Shown: positions 43,798 through 53,529, numbered from the stretch's first letter. The stretch: 64,000 nucleotides of DNA from an uncultured Actinomycetes bacterium (GCA_963725665.1 CAVRZA010000011.1:553914-617913); one strand, 5' to 3'. Made by a program: numbers and translations. Notes: generated from the sequence alone by a model not told the origin.

Positions 43798-44680
43798 CTA
43801 GTCTTTGAGTTCCTTGATCATGGCGCGGATGAGTCGCGCCTTCGAGGTCAGCCCCAGCGCGTTGCAGGCCTTCTCGGCCTCGGTGAGCTGGAGCACGGCG
43901 TCGACGGTCTGCCCCTGCACCTTGTACTGCTGAGCCAGCTCGATCTCGTCCTCGATCAAGTCCTTGATGAGGCGCCGGACCTCGGGATCGTCGAGATCTA
44001 TCTGCTGTTGGTTGGTCGTCACGATGATGTCCGAGAGAGCTACGCTGGCGGCCGCGCTTGCCGCCTCCTCGGCCGGGGTCGGCGGCTCCTCAGCCACGAT
44101 TGACTCCGCCTTCGCTGGGCTCGGTTCCTCCTCCGCTGGGCTCGGCTGCTCGAGCGCTGGGCTCGGTTCCTCGACCGCGCTCGCCGCCTCCTCCATGCCC
44201 GGCGCCTCCTCCTCCAGGCTCGGGGCCTCCGCAGTCGGCTCCGGCTCCCTCGGCTGGGCCTCTCCGAGCCCGGCCACACCTGCCCCTGCGGCGGTCCCGA
44301 CGGCTTCCGCCGTGGGTGAGACGGCGGCTTCGAGCTCGGTGACCTCGGGAACGCCGCCTTCGGCCGGCGTCTCGTCGGCCACGGCGGCCGCTCCCCGCCG
44401 CCGCGGCCCCGGCCATGGCGACGTCGGCCGCGGCCGGAGCTGCCGCACCCGATACCGTTGGCGGCGTCTCGACGGCCTTGCCGAGCTCGGCCAGCTCGTC
44501 GCGTGGTGCCTCGTCGAAGATGGATCCCGGCGCCGTGGCAGGCGAGGTCATGCTGCCTGCGGACGTCGGCGTCTCGGCGGCCTTGGCGCCGCCTCGGCCG
44601 CGCGTCACGACGAGCGTGACGATCAGCACGATCAGCACGATGATCGCGACCGCAAGACCGATCAACTGGATGGTGCTCAT
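43798..44680 (-). pseudogene. Membrane-anchored protein with acidic Pro/Glu/Ala-rich linker and helical C-terminal domain; one frame break at about 44400
   Basis: MSTIQLIGLAVAIIVLIVLIVTLVV... runs in the frame of track ORF 44090..44809. It continues ...AAAVADETPAEGG...IIVTTNQQQIDLDDPEVRRLIKDLIEDEIELAQQYK... in track ORF 43798..44448. The switch is at a GGGG run. Confidence 0.55.
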
Positions 44681-44780
44681 GGATTCCCACCGCCTTACGC
44701 TTGGCGCCTGCGCGCAGTGTCTTCTGCCTGGGCGCGTGAAACCCTCTTCGGCAGTCCCGTCTGCCGCTACAATCGTACTC

Positions 44781-45791
44781 GTGATCGATCCCCAGCAGCT
44801 ACGCGACACGCTTGCCGCACTCGGCGAGCCGGCCTATCGCACACGGCAGGTCTACCACGCGCTTACGAGGGGTCTTGCGACCTCCTTCGCCGAGATGTCG
44901 ACGCTGCCCCTGCGTCTGCGAGGGGAGCTCGAGGAGCGTCTGACGCCGGTGACGCTCGCGGAGGTGGAGGCGCGCGTCGCCGCGAGCGGCGACGCGCGCA
45001 AGGTCCTCTTTCGCACCCGCGACGGCCTGCCGGCTGAGGCCGTCCTCATGGTCTACCGGCGGCGGGCCAGCGTGTGCGTCTCGACCCAGGTCGGCTGCGC
45101 GGTGCGCTGCGCCTTCTGCGCATCGGGCTCCCGAGGTCTGCGCCGCAATCTAACGGCGGTGGAGATGGTCGACCAGGTGCTGCATTTCGCGCGGTTGTTG
45201 CGCGACAGCCAGCGGCAGGTCACGAACGTCGTCTTCATGGGCATGGGGGAGCCCTTTCTGGCCTACGACGAGACGCTCGGTGCCTGCCGTCTGCTGAACG
45301 ACCCTGATGGGTTCGCCCTCGGCGCGCGCGCCATCTCGGTGTCGACGGCCGGGGTCGTGCCGGGGATCCTGCGCTTCGCACGCGAGCCGTTGCAGCTCAA
45401 CCTGGCCGTGAGTCTTCACGCCGGCACGGACGAGCTGCGTGACAGGCTCGTGCCGCTCAACAGGACTTACCCGCTCACGGAGGTGTTCAAGGCTTGCGAT
45501 CGCTACGTCGAGGCGACGAGACGCAAGCTCTTCTTCGAGTACGTCGTCTTGGCCGGATTGAACGACACGGAGGAGCAGGTGCGCGCCGTGGCGGGGCGCC
45601 TTCGGCGGCCGCTCTACCACCTCAACTTGATCGCCTACAACGACACGGGCGGCGAGTTCGCGCGACCGTCGTCGCGCCAACTCGCCGCCCTGCGTCAGGC
45701 GTTCGAACGGGCCGGCGTCGCGGTGACCGTCAGACGCTCACCCGGCGGCGACATCGACGCCGCGTGCGGCCAGCTCGCCCTCAGGCTATGA
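44781..45791 (+). CDS. rlmN: Radical SAM 23S rRNA/tRNA A2503/A37 methyltransferase RlmN family
   Basis: CxxxCxxC motif (GCAVRCAFCASG), FMGMGEP, C-terminal GGDIDAACGQL. The GTG lies 7 nt after TACAAT. Confidence 0.85.
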   Translation: MIDPQQLRDTLAALGEPAYRTRQVYHALTRGLATSFAEMSTLPLRLRGELEERLTPVTLAEVEARVAASGDARKVLFRTRDGLPAEAVLMVYRRRASVCVSTQVGCAVRCAFCASGSRGLRRNLTAVEMVDQVLHFARLLRDSQRQVTNVVFMGMGEPFLAYDETLGACRLLNDPDGFALGARAISVSTAGVVPGILRFAREPLQLNLAVSLHAGTDELRDRLVPLNRTYPLTEVFKACDRYVEATRRKLFFEYVVLAGLNDTEEQVRAVAGRLRRPLYHLNLIAYNDTGGEFARPSSRQLAALRQAFERAGVAVTVRRSPGGDIDAACGQLALRL

Positions 45792-46226
45792 GGTGGCCTG
45801 CACGAACTCGGCCTCGATGCTGAGCTTCACGTCGTCGCCGACGAGCAACCCTCCCGCTTCGGTGACCACGTTCCAGGTCAGGGCGTAGTCCTTGCGGTTC
45901 AGCTTGCCCGTGGCGCTCAGGCCCAGGCGCGTGCCGCCCCAGGGATCCACTACGGGCCCGGTGACGTCCTCCTGGAGCGTGACCTCGCGGGTTATGTCTT
46001 TGATCGTCAGGTCGCCGGTGATCGCGTAGTCGGCGCCCGATCCCTCGACCCGGGTGATGGTGTACTTCATGTCGGGATAGGTCTCGGCGTCGAAGAAGTC
46101 AGGCGAGCGCAGGTGGGCGTCGCGTTGGTCTTCGCGGGTGTTGACGCTGGCCGTCTTGACGGCGACGGTGCCCCTCGTCCCGGTGCGGCCACTACAGGGC
46201 CGCGCGCAGGAGCGCTGCCGCCTCAA
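45786..46226 (-). CDS. YceI-like protein, N-terminally truncated
   Basis: ...SVNTREDQRDAHLRSPDFFDAETYPDMKY...GDLTIKDITREV... covers only about the C-terminal two-thirds of a YceI domain. The sole upstream in-frame start overlaps the galT 3' end. Confidence 0.5.
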   Translation of the reverse strand: MRRQRSCARPCSGRTGTRGTVAVKTASVNTREDQRDAHLRSPDFFDAETYPDMKYTITRVEGSGADYAITGDLTIKDITREVTLQEDVTGPVVDPWGGTRLGLSATGKLNRKDYALTWNVVTEAGGLLVGDDVKLSIEAEFVQATS

Positions 46227-47145
46227 GGGGGTCGACGATGTTCACGGTGATGTCGGTGCCCAGCTCGAAGCCGGCGAGGACGGCCGTCTTGGGGGCGATC
46301 TCGATGTGCCAGTGGTAGGGGCCGTGGCCGACGAAGGGCGCCGTGTGCAGCCAGTAGTTCAGGGCACTGTTGCCGGTCACGGCGTTCAGGGCGCGCAGGG
46401 CTCGCTGCAGCGCCCGGGCGACGACGGGCGCTGTTGCGAGCGCGAACGACTCCTCGTGCTCGCGTGGCGCCAGCCAGAGCTCGTAGCCGAAGCGCGAGGC
46501 GTCCGGCGTCCAGGCGACGAGCTCGTCTGCGAAGACCAGCCGCTCGCCAGCCGCTCGCCAGAGCGAGCACAGGAGGCAGCCGCCCCGCTCTCTTTCGTAG
46601 GTGGCGAAGCGCTCCAGCTCGGTCTGGAGCAGCGGCGGGACGATCGGCATGCCGAAGAGCTGCGAGTGGGGGTGGGCGAGCGAGGCGCCCGCCTCGCGGC
46701 CGCGATTGAGGATGATCGTCGCGGCCGCGTCCCCGGCCGCCTCGCTCGCCGCCAGCCGACGCTGGTACATGTGTACCACGTCGGTGACCTGCTCGGGCGA
46801 AAGCCGTTCCAGGTCGTCGTGGTGCTGGGGGGAGTGCGCGATCACCTCGTTGCGCCCCTGCGGCGGCGCCAGGGCGGGGTACTTGTTGGGTACGACGCGC
46901 ACCCGCCAACCGGGCTGGTCGGGGGCGCTCGGGTCGTCGCGGAACGCGTCGAGCTCCGGCGGCGTCAGCGCCTCGTTGCCCTCGCAGAAGGGGCAGACGG
47001 CTGAGGAACCTCCGAGGTCCGAGGGACGCACGCCACGCGCAGCTGTGATGGCCGTCCACTTGCCCGAGAGGGTGTTGCGACGCAGGATCGGCCCCGGCAC
47101 GGAGGGGGAGAGACGCGACTGAGCGCGTGGTGGCTCGTCGGTCAC
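46192..47145 (-). CDS. galT: Galactose-1-phosphate uridylyltransferase (HIT superfamily)
   Basis: CPFCEGNE zinc motif and the active site AHPHSQL. Confidence 0.85.
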   Translation of the reverse strand: MTDEPPRAQSRLSPSVPGPILRRNTLSGKWTAITAARGVRPSDLGGSSAVCPFCEGNEALTPPELDAFRDDPSAPDQPGWRVRVVPNKYPALAPPQGRNEVIAHSPQHHDDLERLSPEQVTDVVHMYQRRLAASEAAGDAAATIILNRGREAGASLAHPHSQLFGMPIVPPLLQTELERFATYERERGGCLLCSLWRAAGERLVFADELVAWTPDASRFGYELWLAPREHEESFALATAPVVARALQRALRALNAVTGNSALNYWLHTAPFVGHGPYHWHIEIAPKTAVLAGFELGTDITVNIVDPLEAAALLRAAL

Positions 47146-47169
47146 CAGCGCGTGTCCTTGCGGCGGGGA

Positions 47170-47955
47170 CTAGGTCTCGGCGTCGAGCGTCGAGCCGAAG
47201 TCGGTCTTCTGCTCGCGGTGGGTCGTCTCGAGGTCCGTCTTCTCGACGGTGTCGCGTGACTTGTACAGCTTGCGCGAGTCCTGGACCTGCTCGTAGGCGT
47301 CATCGATGACCGCTCCCATCTTGCGCCACAGACAGACGTCCCTCTTGAGGTACTTGGTCTTGATCACATCGTCGCAACGCGGTTCCAGCGGGCAGGCGAA
47401 GCATACCTCGTTGTCGACCACCGTCTTCTGCACGCGGGCTACCTCGCCCTCGTCGATGCGGCGGTAGGCATCGAGCAGGAGCTGCTGGACGTTGGCCTGG
47501 ATCGACACGCGAAAATCGGGCATCCTCTCGGGCTCGTCGTAGAGGAAGACGCCGTTCTGCCACTGCGCGAGGGCGAAGACCTGGTCCGTCAACTGGCGCG
47601 CCATGACCTCCTGCACCGTCTGCGCGTTGGTCCACCCCTTGTCGATGAGGCGCTGGCCGAGTGGCTTGGCCTTCTTCTCCTCGTGCGTCATCGTGGCCTC
47701 TTCCATGAGCGCCTCGGCGAGCTGCTGATCCGTGAGGGCGCCGGCACGCACGAGGCGGTTGCCGAGCTTCTCGTCGGTGACGGGGAGGGAGATCGCCTCG
47801 ACGTGCCCGCCTACAAGGTAGACGAAGCCGAACTCGTCGAAGTCGCGCACCTCGACCACGCCGCTGGCCTCAGCCTGGGCCAGGAACTGCAGCACGCTCG
47901 CCAGGTTGAAGCGCCGTATCGAGCCCTCGAGCAACATACCCCCCTTAGTCGGCAA
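47170..47955 (-). CDS. DUF4388 (PatA-like N-terminal) domain protein with GspE-N-like segment and Cys-rich C-terminal part
   Basis: [26 protein letters not shown]..., [32 protein letters not shown]...C. Confidence 0.65.
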   Translation of the reverse strand: MPTKGGMLLEGSIRRFNLASVLQFLAQAEASGVVEVRDFDEFGFVYLVGGHVEAISLPVTDEKLGNRLVRAGALTDQQLAEALMEEATMTHEEKKAKPLGQRLIDKGWTNAQTVQEVMARQLTDQVFALAQWQNGVFLYDEPERMPDFRVSIQANVQQLLLDAYRRIDEGEVARVQKTVVDNEVCFACPLEPRCDDVIKTKYLKRDVCLWRKMGAVIDDAYEQVQDSRKLYKSRDTVEKTDLETTHREQKTDFGSTLDAET

Positions 47956-48063
47956 GATGCCGGTGGATACTTAGTTCGCTGCGCGGTCCTCGGGGCGTCC
48001 GACAGGCGAGCGCCGGCGGTCTGGCGTCGAGCGGGGGACGGGCGCGAGGGGCGGTCGGCTTCG

Positions 48064-48093
48064 TTGACCGCCCCTCGCGCCCACGTCTATACT
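48064..48093 (+). promoter_or_regulatory. Near-consensus promoter for rpmH: TTGACC-N18-TATACT
   Basis: -35 at 48064-48069 and -10 at 48088-48093. It overlaps the right arm of a 16-bp perfect hairpin (48041-48081). Confidence 0.55.
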
Positions 48094-48155
48094 CCACTCT
48101 TTGGATACGCGCGAGACCGTCGGCGCCCGCCGCCTGCTACACAAGTGAGGACCAC

Positions 48156-48290
48156 GTGAAGAGGACGTACCAGCCGAACACCCGCAAGCGCAAGAAGACC
48201 CACGGCTTCCGCAAGCGCATGAGCACCAAGGCTGGTCGTTTGGTCATCAAGCGCCGTCGGCAGAAGGGTCGCAAGCGGCTGTCGGCGTAG
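48156..48290 (+). CDS. rpmH: 50S ribosomal protein L34
   Basis: My translation gives [44 protein letters not shown]. It is too short for the ORF track. Confidence 0.95.
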   Translation: MKRTYQPNTRKRKKTHGFRKRMSTKAGRLVIKRRRQKGRKRLSA

Positions 48291-48299
48291 CGGCGCGAG

Positions 48300-48692
48300 G
48301 TGAAGGCTCGCTCGCGCCTGTCGCGCTCCAGCGACTTCCAGAGGGTCTACCGCCAGGGCAGCTCGACCGCGTCGCGCTTCCTGGTCTTGTACTACTTCAA
48401 GCGTTCGTCCGAGGCGGCCGGCGAGGGGTCGCGGATTGGCCTCTCGGTCTCGAAGAAGCTCGGTGGAGCCGTTGTTCGCAACCGGATCAAGCGTCTGCTG
48501 CGCGAGGCCTTCAGAGGCTGTGAAGCGCGGCTGGCGCAGGAGTTCGATTACGTTGTCATCGCACGTCCCCAGCTTCTCGAGCTCGTGGGGGACGACAAGA
48601 AAGGCGCCGTGACGCAAGCCCTCGTCGAGCTGCTGGAGAAGGCCTCCCTCCTCGGGCCGACCGATGCCTCCGCGTCGGAGAGGGCAGGCTAG
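48300..48692 (+). CDS. rnpA: Ribonuclease P protein component
   Basis: LSRSSDFQRVYRQG...GLSVSKKLGGAVVRNRIKRLLRE. Confidence 0.9.
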   Translation: MKARSRLSRSSDFQRVYRQGSSTASRFLVLYYFKRSSEAAGEGSRIGLSVSKKLGGAVVRNRIKRLLREAFRGCEARLAQEFDYVVIARPQLLELVGDDKKGAVTQALVELLEKASLLGPTDASASERAG

Positions 48693-48701
48693 GAAGCTAG
48701 C

Positions 48702-48923
48702 ATGAGCAGGATCCTCATCGCCCTGATCAGGGCCTACCAGTACGCCATCTCGCCGCTGTTGGGCGCGCGCTGCAAGTACTACCCGAGCTGTTCCGCCTAC
48801 ACGCTCGAGGCCATCAAGGTCCATGGGCCGCTGAAGGGCGTGGCTATGGGCGCCTGGCGCATCCTGCGCTGCAACCCGTTCAGCAACGGCGGCTTCGATC
48901 CTGTGCCGCCGAGGCGAGCCTGA
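48702..48923 (+). CDS. yidD: Membrane protein insertion efficiency factor YidD
   Basis: [31 protein letters not shown]...[14 protein letters not shown]. Confidence 0.9.
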   Translation: MSRILIALIRAYQYAISPLLGARCKYYPSCSAYTLEAIKVHGPLKGVAMGAWRILRCNPFSNGGFDPVPPRRA

Positions 48924-48924
48924 C

Positions 48925-49998
48925 GTGTCACACCTCGCCTTCTTCTTCCCGCTGACGGCCGACCTCGCCCACGCGCTGTGGGGTCTCCATCATCTGCCGA
49001 CCGTCGCCGCGTCGAGTCCTTTCAGCGGCCTGAAGGAGCTCTTCAACTTCCTCTTCGGATGGCTCTACGACCTCCTCAAGTGGCTGCTCACCGAGCTGCA
49101 CACGTGGCTCGAGCCCACGTTCGGTTCGCAGGCGTGGGGCGTGGCCATCATCGTGCTGACGATCATCGTCCGCCTCGTCCTCTTCCCGCTCACCTTCAAG
49201 CAGTACCAGGGCGCCCTGCGCATGCAGGCGCTGCAGCCGAAGATCAAAGAGCTGCAGCGCAAGTACAAGAACGACCGCGCCCTGCTGCAGCAGGAGACCA
49301 TGAAGCTCTACCAGCAGTACCGGGTGAACCCCTTCGCCTCGTGCCTGCCGGTGCTGCTGCAGCTACCCGTCTTCATCTGCCTTTACTACGCCATCCGCAA
49401 CACCGAAGCTCTCAAGACGGCGCCCTTCCTGTGGATCCCCGAGCTCGGCCAGCCTGACCCCTACTACATCCTCTTCGTCCTCTACATCGTCACGCAGATG
49501 ATCTCGACCGAGCTGACGATGACGCCGTCCACCGACCCGCAGCAGAAGTGGATCATGCGCGCCATGCCGATCTTCTTCGTCTTCATCCTCTACCGCTTCC
49601 CCTCGGGCCTCTTCCTCTACTGGGTCACGACCAACCTGTGGACGATCGGGCAGCAGCTCATCATCCGCCGCACGATGCACGTCGAGCTCACTCCCGTAGC
49701 TGAAGGTCAGCAGCGAAGACACGGACGTTTCATGTCTGCTTTGATGCAGGCTCAGGAACAGCGAGAGACCCAGGCGGGGAAGAAGGGTCCGTCCGGTCAG
49801 CCTGCTGGCGGCAAGACCCCCGGCGCGAAGCGCACCGGCGCGAGCTCGGGCGGCAAGGGGACGAAGCCGCGCCAGGGCAAGCCGACCGGCAGACCCGCCC
49901 GCGGCACCAACCCTCCGTCGGGCGGCGGGCAGCGACCGCCGGGCAAAGCCGCCGGGCCCGGCAAGAAGACAACCCCCGGCGAGAGGCCGAAGAGCTAG
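48925..49998 (+). CDS. yidC: Membrane protein insertase YidC with a long basic C-terminal tail
   Basis: Conserved core AIIVLTIIVRLVLFPL...MQALQPKIKELQRKYK...PSGLFLYWVTTNLWTIGQQ. Confidence 0.9.
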   Translation: MSHLAFFFPLTADLAHALWGLHHLPTVAASSPFSGLKELFNFLFGWLYDLLKWLLTELHTWLEPTFGSQAWGVAIIVLTIIVRLVLFPLTFKQYQGALRMQALQPKIKELQRKYKNDRALLQQETMKLYQQYRVNPFASCLPVLLQLPVFICLYYAIRNTEALKTAPFLWIPELGQPDPYYILFVLYIVTQMISTELTMTPSTDPQQKWIMRAMPIFFVFILYRFPSGLFLYWVTTNLWTIGQQLIIRRTMHVELTPVAEGQQRRHGRFMSALMQAQEQRETQAGKKGPSGQPAGGKTPGAKRTGASSGGKGTKPRQGKPTGRPARGTNPPSGGGQRPPGKAAGPGKKTTPGERPKS

Positions 49999-50018
49999 AG
50001 AAGCGGGAGCGTGCAGCG

Positions 50019-50780
50019 ATGGACGATCTCAACGGGACACCTCCCGACCAGACCGCCGACGACCAGGCGGCCGAAGACCAAACGGCGGATATCGCTGAAG
50101 AGACCGAGTTCGCCACTGTGGCCAGCGGGCCGACGGTCGAGGCGGCCAAGGCCAAGGCGCTCGAGCAGTTGCGCAAGGTCGTGCCGTACGTCAGCGAGGT
50201 CGACGTCGAGTTCATCGTGCTCGACGAGGGTGGCCAGGGCGGCTTCCTCGGCATGGGCAAGAGTCACCCGCGTGTCGAGGCGCACCTGCGGCCGAGCGGC
50301 GAGCGGGTCGACGAGGGGATGCCGGCGGCGCGCGAGCAGTTGCGCGAGTTCATCGAGCACGTAACCGAGGCCATGGGGCTCGACGTGCACATAGACGTCT
50401 CAGAGACGCCGGAGTCGATCGTAGCCGATGTCGCCGGCGACGACCTGGGCATCCTCATCGGGCGTCACGGCCAGACGATCGACGCCTTGCAGTACCTGGC
50501 GGCCATCGCGGTCAACAGCCACCGCCAGAGCCGACGGCAGATCGTCATCGACGCCGAGGGATACCGCGAGCGGCGGGAGTCGTCACTCAAGGCGCTGGCC
50601 GACCGCACGGCGCAGAAGGTGACCCGCAACGCGGCGCCCATCGAGCTGCTGCCCATGACGGCCACCGAGCGCAAGATCATCCACCTGCACCTCAAGGACC
50701 ACCCCCGCGTCGAGACGGTCTCCGAGGGCGTCGAGCCCTACCGCAAGGTCATCGTCTCACTCAAGCGCCGCGGCCAGTAG
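50019..50780 (+). CDS. jag: Jag/SpoIIIJ-associated RNA-binding protein (KH + R3H)
   Basis: IGRHGQTIDALQYL (KH domain) and ERKIIHLHLKDHPRVETVSEG (R3H domain). Confidence 0.85.
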   Translation: MDDLNGTPPDQTADDQAAEDQTADIAEETEFATVASGPTVEAAKAKALEQLRKVVPYVSEVDVEFIVLDEGGQGGFLGMGKSHPRVEAHLRPSGERVDEGMPAAREQLREFIEHVTEAMGLDVHIDVSETPESIVADVAGDDLGILIGRHGQTIDALQYLAAIAVNSHRQSRRQIVIDAEGYRERRESSLKALADRTAQKVTRNAAPIELLPMTATERKIIHLHLKDHPRVETVSEGVEPYRKVIVSLKRRGQ

Positions 50781-50788
50781 GTCCGTCC

Positions 50789-50818
50789 GGCGACGCGCAC
50801 GTCAAGTGCGGCGTCGCC
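50789..50818 (+). terminator. Hairpin after jag
   Basis: GGCGACGCGCAC-gtcaa-GTGCGGCGTCGCC (one bulged G). Confidence 0.5.
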
Positions 50819-50896
50819 TCAGCCGATACACGCTAGCGGGCCGCACATCGCGGCACTGCTGCGCCTCGTGGCAACAGACCATCCCGGGAGGGTGTG

Positions 50897-51913
50897 ATGC
50901 GCCGAACAGTGCGGATCGCCGGACTCGCCGCTGCGCTGCTCGTGGCTGCGCTCGCGCTGGCCGCCTGCGGCGTCCAGAAGATCGACGGCATGACTGCCAC
51001 CGACATCGTGGCCAAGAGCAACGCCGCCATGCGGGACGTCAAGAGCGTCGCCATCGACGGCAGCCTCGAGATCACCATCACGGGCGACAAGGACAAGGCC
51101 GGCGACCCCACGAGCGCGCTCCTGTTGGGTGCTCCCCTGAGTCTCACCATGAACGGGGTCGTCTCGGAGGAGCCGGTCGCCATGGACATGACGATCAAGG
51201 TGCCGCTCCTCGCCATGGTGTCCCCGGGGACTGAGACCATCCAGGAGCGTGTGATCGGCGACCGGATCTACCTCCGCTTCGGCGAGCAGTGGTACGGGAT
51301 GAAGCAGCCCACGGCCAAGCCAGCCACACCGAGTCCCTCACCGTCGGTCTCCACCGAGCAGGTCCTCGGGGCCCTGAAGGGGCTGGGCGTCGACATCAAC
51401 GCTTGGGTCAAGGACAAGCAGGACTTGACAGCGGAACAGCTCGACGGCCACGCGGTCTACCGCGTGAGCGAGGAGGTCGACGTCGACGCCCTCGCTGACG
51501 GTGTCGCCAAGCTGCTGGCGCACGCCGGCTCGCTGCAGGAGCTGGTTCCGAGTGAGCAGAGTGAAGTCACGCAGCAGCAGCTCGACATACTCAAGGCGCA
51601 GAGCGGCCGCGTCGCCGAGTCCTTGAAGGAGTACCTGAGAGGCGCGACGGTCGATCTCTGGATAGAGAAGGGGAGCTTCTACCTCGACAAGATGGCGTTC
51701 AGCGCCGATATCGACCTGCCCGATGAGGCTGTCGAGAAGGGCATGAGCAATGTGAAGCTCGCCCTAAGCTTCGCTCTCTCCCGCTTCAACGAGCCGGTAC
51801 AGGTCGAGAAACCGACCGACGTCAAACCACTCGCCAAGGCGCTGCCGGGGATGTGGCAGACGGGCGGCGCCGCGGGCGGCGCACTGCTGCCCGGAGCTTC
51901 ACAGAGCTTCTAG
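50897..51913 (+). CDS. Lipoprotein, LolA/LppX-like fold suspected
   Basis: Lipobox LALAAC after a basic N-terminus. GGGAGGG lies upstream of ATG 50897. Confidence 0.65.
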   Translation: MRRTVRIAGLAAALLVAALALAACGVQKIDGMTATDIVAKSNAAMRDVKSVAIDGSLEITITGDKDKAGDPTSALLLGAPLSLTMNGVVSEEPVAMDMTIKVPLLAMVSPGTETIQERVIGDRIYLRFGEQWYGMKQPTAKPATPSPSPSVSTEQVLGALKGLGVDINAWVKDKQDLTAEQLDGHAVYRVSEEVDVDALADGVAKLLAHAGSLQELVPSEQSEVTQQQLDILKAQSGRVAESLKEYLRGATVDLWIEKGSFYLDKMAFSADIDLPDEAVEKGMSNVKLALSFALSRFNEPVQVEKPTDVKPLAKALPGMWQTGGAAGGALLPGASQSF

Positions 51914-51984
51914 AGGCGGCTCTGGATCCCCTCGGGGGGACGTGCCTTTCGGTAGGCGCGAACGCGCGCGACTTCGACGGCAGG

Positions 51985-53409
51985 CTAGCGGCCCCAGTCG
52001 AAGTCGCGCGCGTTCTGGTTCTCCCAGGGTACGACGGCTTCGTCGTCGGTGCGCTGTCCCATCATCGACTTCGAGATGATCACCCCGCTGGTGACGCTCG
52101 CAGTCGAAACACTAGGCTCCACGTCCGCGGCCGTCTCTTCTTTCGGAGTCGGACGCTTGCCAAACGTCGGCGAGAGCTGCACCGTGCCGTCGCTCCTGAC
52201 CGTGCCGTTGGGCTGGAGCTCGGCGAGCTCCTCATAGCCCCGCTCGGCCAGGCTCACGCCGCCGGAGCCCTCAGTGAGTACCGAGAAGCGGTACCAGCCG
52301 AGCGGCCAGACGTAGGTCACGCTGATGCTGGCATCGGGCTCGACGGCGACGTGCACGAAGGGCACACCGAGGCTCGCGCTCGTTTCGGCGATCTTCTTCG
52401 GCACTGCGCTCACGTTGAGGATGTCGACACCACGCTGCACAAGGTGCAGCTCCTCGTCGGTCAGGTAGTCGTCCGCGGCGCCAGTGTCCACCGGCCAGGC
52501 GTGCTCGCCTTCGTCCGCGGCAGCGGCGCTCTCGGCTGCGATACCGTCAGCCGCGCCCTCGGCAGCGACACCGGCAGCGGCGCTCTCGGCGGCGAGGATC
52601 TGATCGCTGGTGAGGGTCCCCGGCAGCGTGTCCTCGAGGTCTCCCTCACGCTCCTCGTCGACAGGCGGCCCCGGCGATTCCTCTGCGGCCACGCCGGCCG
52701 CCGCGACGTCGGCCACGGCCGGCGTCATCTCATGCTGAGCCGGTGCTGCGACGCTCTCGGCCTCCGCCGTCTCGTGCTGAGCCGGCGCGGCCATGCTCTC
52801 GGCGGCTGCCGCCTCGGAATCGGGAGCTGCGGCGGCGTCGGGCTCCGACATCGTTTCGAGAGCTGCGGCGGCGTCGGGCTCCGACACCGTTTCCAGAGCC
52901 GCAGCGGCGTCAATCTCCGGCGCTGCATCCGGAGCCGCGGCGGCAGTGGGCTCAGATACGGCCTCTGGAGCAGCAGCGTCGCGCTCTGGCGCCGAATCGA
53001 GCGCCGCACCACCACCACCCGGCTCCGCCGCCTCGAGAGCGGCGTCGCTTGCGCCACGAAGGACGGCGAGCTCGGCGAGCAGCTCTTCCTTCTCGGCCTC
53101 GGTCTGCTCGAGGCGCGCGCGCAGATCCTCGATCTCCGCGTCCTTCTCCTTGAGCGCGAGCCAGAAGGCGTCGCTCCTTCGCTTCGTCTCGCGTCCGTTC
53201 GCGGAAGCCGGCTGGTCGCCGTCGGCCATCGGCATCTCCACGGCGGGCGACCGGCTCGAGCGTGACTGGCTGCAGAGGGAGCACAGGAGCACCTCGTCGC
53301 CGTCGTCTGCGATCATCCTCTGAGTCCACTCGCCGGCGAGGAGCGTGCGTCCGCACGAGGCACAACGGGTCTCGTCGGCAGGTTCTCTCTTGCGACCGAA
53401 GGGCCACAT
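51985..53409 (-). CDS. Zinc-ribbon / coiled-coil / acidic tandem-repeat protein with conserved-looking C-terminal domain, function unknown
   Basis: N-terminal CASCG...CSLCS, coiled coil EKDAEIEDLRARLEQTEAEKEELLAEL, repeats AAALETVSEPD, and a C-terminus that is not low-complexity. Confidence 0.65.
   Translation of the reverse strand: MWPFGRKREPADETRCASCGRTLLAGEWTQRMIADDGDEVLLCSLCSQSRSSRSPAVEMPMADGDQPASANGRETKRRSDAFWLALKEKDAEIEDLRARLEQTEAEKEELLAELAVLRGASDAALEAAEPGGGGAALDSAPERDAAAPEAVSEPTAAAAPDAAPEIDAAAALETVSEPDAAAALETMSEPDAAAAPDSEAAAAESMAAPAQHETAEAESVAAPAQHEMTPAVADVAAAGVAAEESPGPPVDEEREGDLEDTLPGTLTSDQILAAESAAAGVAAEGAADGIAAESAAAADEGEHAWPVDTGAADDYLTDEELHLVQRGVDILNVSAVPKKIAETSASLGVPFVHVAVEPDASISVTYVWPLGWYRFSVLTEGSGGVSLAERGYEELAELQPNGTVRSDGTVQLSPTFGKRPTPKEETAADVEPSVSTASVTSGVIISKSMMGQRTDDEAVVPWENQNARDFDWGR
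52825..52968. repeat. Four degenerate 36-nt in-frame tandem repeats inside CDS 51985..53409
   Basis: agctgcggcggcgtcgggctccgacatcgtttcgag / agctgcggcggcgtcgggctccgacaccgtttccag / two more diverged units. Confidence 0.8.
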
Positions 53410-53529
53410 GGTGTACCCCCGTGGTGTCGGATGGGATGGCAGCCCGGGGGCTGCAAGGTTGCCGATTATAGCACGGAGGATCGTCGCCGAGACGCGCCGC
53501 TGAGCCCCTGGCCACCGGCTCGCTCTGCG

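Noticed and set aside
47956-48155. oriC or a DnaA-box cluster next to rpmH
   Set aside because: There are only two weak box-like strings (7/9 and 6/9), no AT-rich unwinding element, and no dnaA gene nearby.
52729-52968. CRISPR-like regular 36-nt repeats
   Set aside because: The units are directly abutting with no spacers, degenerate, in frame, and inside a coding region.
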